DNA of 64,000 nt, from positions 1 through 64,000 of IMG/VR virus record IMGVR_UViG_3300045988_133686. One strand, written 5' to 3'. The translations under genes were made by a program, and so were the position numbers. Below, piece after piece: positions 8,056-15,965 of the stretch; position 1 is the first letter of the stretch; each line of letters starts with the position of its first letter. The notes under the pieces were generated by a model. That model saw only the letters and a list, made by a program, of their open reading frames with translations, was not told where the DNA came from and did not search any database. Origin of the DNA: a virus.

Positions 8056-8448
8056 GCTGAATATCCGCCGGTAAAATTAAACAACGTAGGAGATCCACCC
8101 CCAAAAATCAGTGGGCATAATTTGGGCCGTCTATATATAGTGGCGCTTTCATTTTTCTGACCATAGTGCAATATAACCTATGGCGCACATGGTACGGATT
8201 GCACAAGATCAACAGCGAGCTAATAAGGTGCTGCCGTGAATATCTCACATAGGATTCATGGGGGCAAACTCACTACCCAATTTTTGCCCATAAATTTGCT
8301 GCGTCAAAATGGCATTGTTCGCCGGTATTATTTAGAGGGTTGCATGCTGGCGGTTGCGATGTACCATTATTCTTTTTTGGGCAGAATTTTAGGAAATGGT
8401 ACATTCCCAGATTTCTGCCACACATGTCAGCCGCGTCGCAGCCAATCG

Positions 8449-8457
8449 TGCTATAAT
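8449..8457 (+). promoter_or_regulatory. extended -10 promoter for the rightward early operon
   Basis: TGCTATAAT lies 30 nt upstream of the helicase start. Confidence 0.5.
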
Positions 8458-8486
8458 ACTCATTCAACGAAAGGAGCATCGCCGAA

Positions 8487-9908
8487 GTGTACATCTCTGA
8501 TCTTATTACGGGCCACGAGTCTTTCCGGCCGCACGCCTTTAACCTTATAACGGCAGGGTGCGGGGCTGGAAAAAGTTACTTCGTGGCGCACCACCTACCC
8601 AGTCTCTTCCCGGACGTGGAGCCGCGCGACATCATCTTCGTGACAAGCCGAGCTATCACCGTCGATCAGCAGGCGCATGAATACGGAAGCGCGGTCGTCA
8701 AGTTCGATCCGGAGGATACTGCTGTTATAGGCTATTGGAATGCCGACCCGGCCGCGGTTGTCTTGAATAACAAGATGCGGCTCATGACCTACGATAAACT
8801 TGTCACGATTCTGACCGAGCATAATCGCCCGGAAGCTACTGCTCTGGCGAGTGCCCGTATCATCGTATTGGATGAATGTCACGCGCTGGTTAGCGACACC
8901 TTTATCCGCGGAATCGAGAGCGTGCGGGTCTGGCTGAAGTGGGCGCTGGCGGCCACGGATAAAATCTGTATCGGGCTGACAGCTACGCCGGGCATCCTCT
9001 ATGCCTCTCAGCAACAGCATGGCCTGCCGCTGAACTCGGTGCTGGACGTACCACTCGTGCCGCATAAGGCCAAGAATCTGCGGCTCATTGATAAGAGCCA
9101 TCTACTGGAATTGCTCCAACCGAATGCTCTGCCGGGCAAGACACTGGTGCTGCACAATAACCGCAATGAGATGAGCGAGTGGGTGCGCGAGGTGCCGGAC
9201 AGTGCATTGCTGGTGAGCGCTTCCTCTAACTACAGCACTAAAAAGATGGAGACGATACGGCGGCACATCGTCCTTCACAGCGATCTGCCGAAGAGTCTGC
9301 GGGTGCTGTTCGCTACAACCACATTGCGCGAAGGCGTGACAATCGCACCGGGCAGCGATGTGCGCAACATCGTGACGGTGCTGCCGGACGAGATGCACGT
9401 CACGCAGTTTCTCGGTCGGTGCAGATATGACGTAGAGAACCTGGTCGTGGTCTATGCGCAGGAGATAACAAACTACCCAGAGCATAGTGACTATATAAGT
9501 GAACAACGCCAGAGCTTTGTTGATTATTATTATGGGCAGAAATCTGACTGGTTCAAGTCTATCGCCAGTCTTGTACAATGTCGCGAAGAAGATGTGCGGA
9601 TAGATAGAGCTGATACCCCGGCCGACCTATTCGCGCGTGAGGTGCGTAGGCGCTGGTTAGTGCTGACTCCGGCCGGACTTGGTGATTATAGTAAATATAT
9701 CTACACTAAAGAGGCACGAGCGGAACTGGTGAAGTGCGCCAAGAAATATGGGGTGTTGAGAGGCAAACATCACATCACCTATGCCGCTGTAATAGATTAC
9801 ATAATCAACCATCTTGGTTATTACCGCCACACTGGTCGCCACTATTTCCCCGACGGCCGCCACAACTATGACGTTATCTGCGCTTTCCCGCAGAAGGAGG
9901 AAGAATAA
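8487..9908 (+). CDS. SF2 (DEAD/DEAH-type) helicase/ATPase
   Basis: GTG start after AAAGGAG. Motifs seen: Walker A AGCGAGKSYF, motif II IIVLDECH, motif III GLTATPG. Confidence 0.8.
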   Translation: MYISDLITGHESFRPHAFNLITAGCGAGKSYFVAHHLPSLFPDVEPRDIIFVTSRAITVDQQAHEYGSAVVKFDPEDTAVIGYWNADPAAVVLNNKMRLMTYDKLVTILTEHNRPEATALASARIIVLDECHALVSDTFIRGIESVRVWLKWALAATDKICIGLTATPGILYASQQQHGLPLNSVLDVPLVPHKAKNLRLIDKSHLLELLQPNALPGKTLVLHNNRNEMSEWVREVPDSALLVSASSNYSTKKMETIRRHIVLHSDLPKSLRVLFATTTLREGVTIAPGSDVRNIVTVLPDEMHVTQFLGRCRYDVENLVVVYAQEITNYPEHSDYISEQRQSFVDYYYGQKSDWFKSIASLVQCREEDVRIDRADTPADLFAREVRRRWLVLTPAGLGDYSKYIYTKEARAELVKCAKKYGVLRGKHHITYAAVIDYIINHLGYYRHTGRHYFPDGRHNYDVICAFPQKEEE

Positions 9909-10543
9909 TGAAGCCTGAACTTGAGATTTGCTGTCACCTGAGCTGCGGTCAGTGCCGCGGCTGCCACATGGAACCCACCTGCCAGACCGGTCGGGACAAG
10001 ACCAACACTCGCCGGGCACGCGCCTATGTCGAGAGGTTGCGGACGGCTCTTGCGAAAGGGCAGAGTAACCCTGACCTGCGGGCAATGCCGGTGCTGGATC
10101 TGGACGACCCCGTGGATCGGTTCGCGGCGGTTGAACTCTGCTGTGCGATGCGGGGCGGGGATTGCGCGGTGTGCCCCATGGCGGAGGCCGACACCTGCTT
10201 CGTCGATGATATGGGCGACCACGACGTGGAAGTGCTGCGCGGTTGGTACGACTACTGCTGCAAGCACCTTGGCACACGAGAGCTGCCGAACAAGCTGCGG
10301 GATGATGAGTACGCGGGCAAAGAGCTGTGGCGGATGCAGGATAAGATGGAACTTGTGCGCAGCGCGGCGCGGGGCGAGATCGTGCCGAGAGCCGCGGCCA
10401 CCTTCTATCATGTATGGGCAGCGATGATTCTGCGCGGCATGGCGGGGTGCAAGTTCGTGGAAGGCATAAATGATTACGGGCAGGGTGAACGGCGTTATGT
10501 GGCGATTGTGGCAGACCACAGAGGCGTCTGCGAAGGGGTGTGA
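9908..10543 (+). CDS. Cys-rich hypothetical protein
   Basis: 211 aa. Its ATG overlaps the helicase TAA. The N-terminus is ICCHLSCGQCRGCHMEPTC, with further Cys pairs downstream. Confidence 0.65.
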   Translation: MKPELEICCHLSCGQCRGCHMEPTCQTGRDKTNTRRARAYVERLRTALAKGQSNPDLRAMPVLDLDDPVDRFAAVELCCAMRGGDCAVCPMAEADTCFVDDMGDHDVEVLRGWYDYCCKHLGTRELPNKLRDDEYAGKELWRMQDKMELVRSAARGEIVPRAAATFYHVWAAMILRGMAGCKFVEGINDYGQGERRYVAIVADHRGVCEGV

Positions 10544-10555
10544 CAGGCGGAGGTA

Positions 10556-10576
10556 GATATCCCAACTTGGGATATC
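10556..10576. terminator. bidirectional hairpin terminator
   Basis: GATATCCCAA-c-TTGGGATATC (10-bp stem), followed by a T-rich tract on the plus strand. It sits between convergent genes. Confidence 0.6.
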
Positions 10577-10712
10577 TCTCCGGTATTTTAATGTTATTCT
10601 GGCGTGGCGGAGGCTTTTTACAATATTTTCTTATTGTTTTCCCCGCGAAATCGGTCAAATGGCGGCACCCAAGCTCACGCAATTCAATAAGGAGGAACTA
10701 TGCAGGAGAATA

Positions 10713-11405
10713 CTATCTCGGCGGCCACTGCACACTCACCTTGTGGCCTGGCAACTTTACCAATTTACCAACGCGCTGCTCATTGCTCAATCTTTCAAAT
10801 TCGCTTTCAACTATACGTTGCCCGTCACGGAGACGGGAGCGCACGTCGAGATCAAGCGGCAGAGTTAGATTGTACTTGTGAACCTTGTGCTCTGAAAACA
10901 ACCGAAGTACCACCGGCACTGAAAGACCACTTTGTGGCAGAGTTGTGTAACGAATACCGCCGCCTTTACCGTCTTGAAAAACCGGGTGCAGGGCATCGGA
11001 AACTGTGGACGGCAGCGAAGGTACCTTATATTGTAGGCTCATGGGACATCTTTGAGTTCGGAGAAGGGTTGTGGGTATGGATGTACCGTAATAGGAGATT
11101 TGCACACTCTTATCCGCGTCCTCGTTCTGCCCGCCGGAATGTTTCTCTATCGTTTCGATGGCATCATAATCCGGGACGCACTGAGTGTGACCCATCGATA
11201 AGCCGGTCGCGACAATGTGAACGTCGTTGCGCAGACGATTGCGCAGCGTCAGCTCAAGATACAGGTGGGGCTGAAATTTCGTGTGGGCAACCGAAAACGC
11301 GGCGCCGTGCAAGTCCTCGATGGTTAGCCGTTCTAGACGACGGAATACGCTGGCTACTGCACCTACCACAGCGACAACTGAGCTAGCAATGCCTATAATT
11401 TCCAT
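10713..11405 (-). CDS. membrane-anchored hypothetical protein (moron)
   Basis: Start at 11405 (MEIIGIASSVVAVVGAVASVF, an N-terminal TM helix) after GGAGGTG. It is the only minus-strand gene in a plus-strand operon. Confidence 0.6.
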   Translation of the reverse strand: MEIIGIASSVVAVVGAVASVFRRLERLTIEDLHGAAFSVAHTKFQPHLYLELTLRNRLRNDVHIVATGLSMGHTQCVPDYDAIETIEKHSGGQNEDADKSVQISYYGTSIPTTLLRTQRCPMSLQYKVPSLPSTVSDALHPVFQDGKGGGIRYTTLPQSGLSVPVVLRLFSEHKVHKYNLTLPLDLDVRSRLRDGQRIVESEFERLSNEQRVGKLVKLPGHKVSVQWPPR

Positions 11406-11425
11406 AAAGAAACACCTCCGGCTCA

Positions 11426-11454
11426 AATGTAACACGGGGGCATTTATATGTAAA
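11426..11454 (-). promoter_or_regulatory. promoter for the 10713..11405 gene
   Basis: The minus strand reads TTTACA-17 bp-TACATT. Confidence 0.45.
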
Positions 11455-11687
11455 GGGGAATTGCAGGCCGAACGATGCGACTGCCGGTGTGCGGTGAAGC
11501 GCCGTATACCTCATCCATTCCCTGGCCGCGGGCGAATACACCCTTGTTTCAACCTAGGGTGCAAATTGCGGACTCCGGCCAGTGCAACCAATGACTCTAA
11601 GCTTCGCCAAGGTTGGTACTTTACTATGCGCGTGAAACATAACCCCCATCATGGATAGATCAATTTCGTGACCTCACGAAAATGGTG

Positions 11688-11716
11688 TTGATATCAATCT
11701 ATACCAGTAGTATAAT
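11688..11716 (+). promoter_or_regulatory. near-consensus promoter for the lipoprotein gene
   Basis: TTGATA-17 bp-TATAAT. Confidence 0.65.
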
Positions 11717-11747
11717 TAGATCACTATAAACTAGGAGGAATCATACT

Positions 11748-12752
11748 ATGAGACGGATTGTTTCCCTGTTCGTCTGCGCGATCATGTTGCTCACATTGGT
11801 CGGCTGCTCGTCTACCCCTGCTGCGAGTCAAATTGCAGACCCTACGCCTACCCCAACGCCGACCCCGGAACCGGAGTCTCCTATCCAATATGTGCGTCAG
11901 TCTATCTATGACGACGCACAGGATAAGGTGCGTACCGTATTATCCGATGAGATTATTCAAGAAATGGTTGATATGGTCACTAAATCAGAGGGGAACTTTG
12001 AAGAGCTGTATAACACCGTGCTCGGCGCTTATGATATGCAGACTAAAGAAGACTGGACACAGAATGAGATTCTGTTGGCCGACACCGTGCATGAGTTTTG
12101 CCAGAACGCATATTGGTATGCTTCCCAGCGCTGGACGTATGATGTGTGCGGCGAAGGGCTAACTGGTATGGCGAAGACTATGTATAACAACTGGCTTAAT
12201 ATCGCAGAAGAAACTTTTGAACATGTACTGCTAGAGGCAGATAAGTTCTACGCGGCAACATCTGCGAGTGATTTGACAGCAATCAAGAATGACATTGAGG
12301 TGTCCGTTGGCGAAGATAAGGCTGATGAGGATCTTTCGGTGGATACGTCAGCCGAGCCTATACCAGATAATGGCGTGGACTCCATCCCGCTTGAGATCAC
12401 TGGCGGCGAATTGTTCGATTACTACGGGGTTCCTAGTCTGTCTGTATATGTGCGTAATAAAGGCAACAAAATTATAGACGCATACGACATTCAAGTTCGC
12501 GCATATAATCGTTATGGTGAACTACTGAAACGGTATGGCACGTCTGAATCGACCGTTGAGTATAGCGCTGGTGGGGACGTTCCCGCACTCAGAGCTGGCA
12601 GTAGTACCCCGGAAGATTTGTATTGGTCACTTTATGGGTTAGATGGTGTAGCAAAGGTTGAAGTTGCGTTGATTAAATGCCATATTGCCGACGGTGATAC
12701 GATGGATCTCAAGCAAGCTAACTGGAAGTGGTACACTATTACAATGGATTAA
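11748..12752 (+). CDS. secreted lipoprotein (moron)
   Basis: MRRIVSLFVCAIMLLTLVGCSS has a signal peptide plus lipobox LVGC, followed by a PT-rich linker (PTPTPTPTPEPE). SD is TAGGAGGA. The gene has its own promoter and terminator. Confidence 0.8.
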   Translation: MRRIVSLFVCAIMLLTLVGCSSTPAASQIADPTPTPTPTPEPESPIQYVRQSIYDDAQDKVRTVLSDEIIQEMVDMVTKSEGNFEELYNTVLGAYDMQTKEDWTQNEILLADTVHEFCQNAYWYASQRWTYDVCGEGLTGMAKTMYNNWLNIAEETFEHVLLEADKFYAATSASDLTAIKNDIEVSVGEDKADEDLSVDTSAEPIPDNGVDSIPLEITGGELFDYYGVPSLSVYVRNKGNKIIDAYDIQVRAYNRYGELLKRYGTSESTVEYSAGGDVPALRAGSSTPEDLYWSLYGLDGVAKVEVALIKCHIADGDTMDLKQANWKWYTITMD

Positions 12753-12759
12753 ATAATTT

Positions 12760-12786
12760 CCCGCCTGCCCGGCGGGATTTTTTTTA
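12760..12786 (+). terminator. rho-independent terminator
   Basis: CCCGCC-tgccc-GGCGGG followed by ATTTTTTTT. Confidence 0.8.
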
Positions 12787-12816
12787 TACCCATTTCCCCA
12801 CAACATTCATTTAATA

Positions 12817-12918
12817 TGGTATAATATAGCTATCCGGTTTCGGACAAAAAAGTCCATAACTTAATAAGCACCCTTCTGCTCAAAAATGAGCAAAAGTAAA
12901 CGAAGGACAAATTTGTCC
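12817..12918 (+). promoter_or_regulatory. extended -10 promoter plus two GGAC-N6-GTCC operator-like palindromes
   Basis: TGGTATAAT at 12817-12825. GGACaaaaaaGTCC at 12842-12855 and GGACaaatttGTCC at 12905-12918, both in the leader of the first antirepressor gene. Confidence 0.5.
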
Positions 12919-12962
12919 ACCGTACCCGCGCAAGCGGGAATTTTTATATAAGGAGATTTTAT

Positions 12963-13730
12963 ATGAACGAGATGCAAGTTTTCCAGAACCAGCAGTTTGG
13001 AGAGGTCAGGGTTATCGAGGAAGATGGCAAAGTGCTATTCTGTGGCAACGATGTGGCAAAGGCGTTGGGCTATACGCGCCCCAAGGATGCGGTTGCAGCT
13101 CATGCAAAGGGGGCGGTAAAACGCCGCACCCTTACAAAGGGCGGCGAACAAGATGTTACCTTTATCCCCGAAAGCGACCTCTATCGCCTCTCCTTCAGCT
13201 CGAAGCTTCCGACGGCAGAGGTATTCACCGACTGGGTAGTCGAAGAAGTCCTGCCCAGCATCCGTAAAAACGGCGGCTACCTTGCCGGGCAAGACGAGCT
13301 AAGCCCGGCAGAACTCATGGCGCGTGCGCTCATGGTGGCGCAGAAGACACTGGCGGATCGCGAGGAGCGAATTGCGCGACTGACCGCGCAGAACAAGGAG
13401 ATGGCCCCGAAAGCTCTGTTCGCCGACGCAGTGACCGCATCGCCCACCTCTATCCTTGTTGGTGATCTTGCCAAGCTGCTCAAGCAAAACGGCGTGGACA
13501 TCGGGCAGCAGCGGCTCTTCAACAAGCTGCGCGAAGATGGGTATCTGATGAAGCAGCGCGGTGTGTCGTGGAACATGCCGACTCAGCGTAGCATGGAGGC
13601 CGGGTGGTTTGAGATCCGCGAGAACACGGTCAAGACCGCGGCGGGTGTTGATAAGATTGTGAAGACGCCGTTGGTCACTGGTAAAGGGCAGATGTACTTC
13701 GTGAACAAATATGCGCCCGTAAAGGCGTAA
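12963..13730 (+). CDS. phage antirepressor (Bro-N + KilAC domains)
   Basis: The N-terminus FQNQQFGEVRVIEEDGKVLFCGNDVAKALGY...LYRL...VLPSIRKNG fits Bro-N. The C-terminus ILVGDLAKLLKQNGVDIGQQRLFNKLREDGYL...PTQRSMEAGWF fits KilAC. Confidence 0.85.
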   Translation: MNEMQVFQNQQFGEVRVIEEDGKVLFCGNDVAKALGYTRPKDAVAAHAKGAVKRRTLTKGGEQDVTFIPESDLYRLSFSSKLPTAEVFTDWVVEEVLPSIRKNGGYLAGQDELSPAELMARALMVAQKTLADREERIARLTAQNKEMAPKALFADAVTASPTSILVGDLAKLLKQNGVDIGQQRLFNKLREDGYLMKQRGVSWNMPTQRSMEAGWFEIRENTVKTAAGVDKIVKTPLVTGKGQMYFVNKYAPVKA

Positions 13731-13744
13731 GGAGGGTTAACTAT

Positions 13745-14023
13745 ATGAGCGAGACTAGTATCATGAACATTCAGGGCATTGACTGCTACGAGCTGAACGG
13801 CGTGGCGTATCTGAAGCTAGAGGCTGTGGCAAGGGGGCTGGGGTTTACTCAGAATAAAAACGGAGTTGAGTATGTGAAATGGGAACGCGTCATTGCTTAC
13901 CTCAAGGAACTTGGATTTTCCCCAGAAGTGGGGAAAGACGATTACATCCCCGAAAACATCTTCTACCGCTGGTCAACGAAAGCGAAGAACACGACCGCCG
14001 GGCGTGCCAACAAGTTGGCATGA
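13745..14023 (+). CDS. small Bro-N/KilA-N-like domain protein
   Basis: 92 aa. GVAYLKLEAVARGLGFTQ...IPENIFYR resembles the N-terminal half of phage DNA-binding antirepressor domains. Confidence 0.45.
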   Translation: MSETSIMNIQGIDCYELNGVAYLKLEAVARGLGFTQNKNGVEYVKWERVIAYLKELGFSPEVGKDDYIPENIFYRWSTKAKNTTAGRANKLA

Positions 14024-14156
14024 CAATTCGCCATTTGTGGCGAACACCCAGACATCTTTTGCTGTATCACAACCAGAGCGAAGAAAGAGATTCCCGGCAA
14101 GTTGGGAAATCTCCGCATCCGCGCAGGTTGGAATTTTTATTATAAGGAGATTTTAT

Positions 14157-14864
14157 ATGAACGAACTGCAAATCATTGGCGCAACATCTGACGAACCCAC
14201 CATCTCCGGGCGTGAGCTTCACGCGAAGCTAGAGATCGACACGCCGTATACGATGTGGTTCAGCCGTATGTGCGAATACGGCTTTACCGAGGATCAGGAC
14301 TATGTAACAAATCTGTTAGATAGGTCTGACGGGCAGGCTGGCAAGCCCCGCACCGACCACCAGCTCACTATCGACATGGCAAAGGAGATCTGCATGCTTC
14401 AGCGCAGCGAGCAGGGCAAGGCCGTGCGCCGCTATCTCCTCGATCTCGAAAAGCAGTGGAACACGCCGGAGGCTGTGATGAGCCGCGCGCTCCGGATGGC
14501 CGATGCCAAGCTCGCGGAACTGAATGGTAAGATGACTCTGCTAGAGGCCGAGAACAAGGCTCTGCTTCCGAAGGCAGAGTATCACGACGAGGTGTTGAAC
14601 AAGCCCGGCCTGATCTGCACCTCTACCATCGCAAAAGACCTCGGATTGAGCAGCGCTGCGAAGCTGAACAAAATGCTCAACGATCATAACGTCATCTACC
14701 GCGACGGCTCCGGCACTTGGAAGACATACGCGGAGTATGAGTACCTGATGACGGACGGCTACGCGGATTACCAGAGCTACACCGGCGCGAACACAAAGCC
14801 CACCCTGAAGTGGACCGAGAAAGGCCGCAAATGGCTGTCCGAGAAAGTGCAGGTGTGGGCGTGA
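14157..14864 (+). CDS. phage antirepressor (AntA/ORF6N-like N-terminus + KilAC-like C-terminus)
   Basis: Start at 14157 after TAAGGAGA, within an initiation cassette almost identical to that of 12963. ISGRELHAKLEIDTPYTMWFSRMCEYGFTEDQDY is AntA-like. The track ORF's 88 upstream codons look non-coding. Confidence 0.8.
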   Translation: MNELQIIGATSDEPTISGRELHAKLEIDTPYTMWFSRMCEYGFTEDQDYVTNLLDRSDGQAGKPRTDHQLTIDMAKEICMLQRSEQGKAVRRYLLDLEKQWNTPEAVMSRALRMADAKLAELNGKMTLLEAENKALLPKAEYHDEVLNKPGLICTSTIAKDLGLSSAAKLNKMLNDHNVIYRDGSGTWKTYAEYEYLMTDGYADYQSYTGANTKPTLKWTEKGRKWLSEKVQVWA

Positions 14865-15022
14865 TGGACTTTGACGTGAGGTATGACAGGGAGCGCGGTG
14901 CCTATAAAGTAACATTGGTGCGGGACGACGGCGCGCACATTCCTCTGATGCGCGACTTCGACTCTGCCTACGCGGCGGTGCTGGCTGTGCAGGAGATGTG
15001 CGAAAGCAGGGATGACGCTTGA
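14864..15022 (+). CDS. hypothetical small protein
   Basis: The ATG overlaps the preceding TGA (GTGATGG). Product is 52 aa. Confidence 0.45.
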   Translation: MDFDVRYDRERGAYKVTLVRDDGAHIPLMRDFDSAYAAVLAVQEMCESRDDA

Positions 15023-15390
15023 TATTGTTGCTTATTTTCTCCTTTGCACCATCGGCGATTTATGTTATCGGTGCGATTCTGAACTTTATAATTCGCTACG
15101 ATTTTTATGAATTACGCCGCTCGCCCGGAGATATGGTCATTGAGTGCAGCGCAATTTCGATGTGGTACACGGTCGTATTCTCGGTATTGCCGCATGCTTT
15201 CAATGGCTTTATACCAATATACGGAATCTGCGCCATCGCTTCCTCAATATTTATGTTCGGTGCGAGGTTATTCTTAGGCGAAGCTCGATGGAGCGTGACT
15301 GCCACGGTGTTAGTCCATGCCCTGTTGTTTATGATTATGTGCTCAACGAGCGCCGAGGTAGCGATGCTTCTTTATTCCATGCCCACTTAG
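15019..15390 (+). CDS. integral membrane protein
   Basis: TTG start overlapping the preceding stop. 123 aa with about four hydrophobic segments. Confidence 0.6.
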   Translation: MILLLIFSFAPSAIYVIGAILNFIIRYDFYELRRSPGDMVIECSAISMWYTVVFSVLPHAFNGFIPIYGICAIASSIFMFGARLFLGEARWSVTATVLVHALLFMIMCSTSAEVAMLLYSMPT

Positions 15391-15404
15391 AAGGAGTGAT
15401 CTTA

Positions 15405-15791
15405 ACGGAGCAGTCAGCCTACTGGGGTATACCAATTTTGATGGATATGGGCTTATTGGTGTGCCTATATAGCCTGCGTAGACTTGCAAAGATGCGCTAT
15501 GACAACGACCGCGTGGCTTCATACTTGTTTATGGGCGGGTATGCTTTCTTTAGCGTGCTCTCGCTCACCATTTTGTTTGGACTCACGACACCGAATGATT
15601 GGTACGCTTGGCCGGGTGTGTTGCTGAGCTTTATCTTTATGTTGAACCCATATATCCTGTCCAGCGCAAGCTATAAACCGCGCCGCCGCCAGAAGATAAC
15701 ATGCGCGATTGTCCTGGCCGCGTTGGTTATTATCCGCTTGTCTGTCGGTTATGTCTTGTCACAGCACGTCGATATTTTCCCTATCAGTTAA
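15405..15791 (+). CDS. integral membrane protein (start codon uncertain, possibly ACG)
   Basis: The frame is open from 15144. The only strong SD (AAGGAG, 15391-96) sits 8 nt before an in-frame ACG at 15405. The first ATG (15432) has no SD. The product has several TM segments. Confidence 0.5.
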   Translation, partial: TEQSAYWGIPILMDMGLLVCLYSLRRLAKMRYDNDRVASYLFMGGYAFFSVLSLTILFGLTTPNDWYAWPGVLLSFIFMLNPYILSSASYKPRRRQKITCAIVLAALVIIRLSVGYVLSQHVDIFPIS

Positions 15792-15965
15792 AGGAGTGAT
15801 CTTACGAGCCAACCAAGAGCAATCAACATTCCCTCCATCGACGCGAAAGACCTATACCTGGCTAACCACACTGTTGACCCGAACCCCGGCGGCTTCAGTC
15901 TGAAGTACCGGAGCGGCGACATAAACATCAACCGGTTCTACGCAACTATACCTTTTTCACTCGAT

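Noticed and set aside
6660-8486. tRNA, tmRNA or CRISPR array in the large non-coding block.
   Set aside because: I found no cloverleaf with a GTTCGAATC-type T-loop, no tag-peptide reading frame, and no regularly spaced identical repeats. A large-ncRNA identity is kept only as an open candidate in the findings.
8236-8550. 104-aa ORF and its antisense 73-aa ORF upstream of, and overlapping, the helicase start.
   Set aside because: It overlaps the helicase promoter, SD and start. The composition is not protein-like and there is no supporting signal beyond a weak AAGGTG.
9657-10682. 341-aa minus-strand ORF (with nested 217-aa and 133-aa ORFs) overlapping the 9908..10543 gene.
   Set aside because: The product is extremely Pro/Arg/Ser-rich with no SD. 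It is antisense to a well-placed, translationally coupled plus-strand gene. This is a typical GC-rich antisense artefact.
10700-11386. 228-aa plus-strand ORF with an SD-like AAGGAGGA, fully antisense to 10713..11405.
   Set aside because: The translation is Arg/Cys/Trp-rich with no structure-like pattern. The minus-strand partner has a TM helix, an SD at correct spacing and its own promoter. Only one of the two is likely real, and a dual-coding claim is not supportable from sequence alone.
13879-14156. Upstream extension of the second antirepressor ORF (the track starts it at 13893) and the 88-aa ORF 13879..14145.
   Set aside because: The extension is Arg/Pro/Ser-rich. The duplicated leader/SD/ATG cassette at 14131-14164 marks the true start at 14157.
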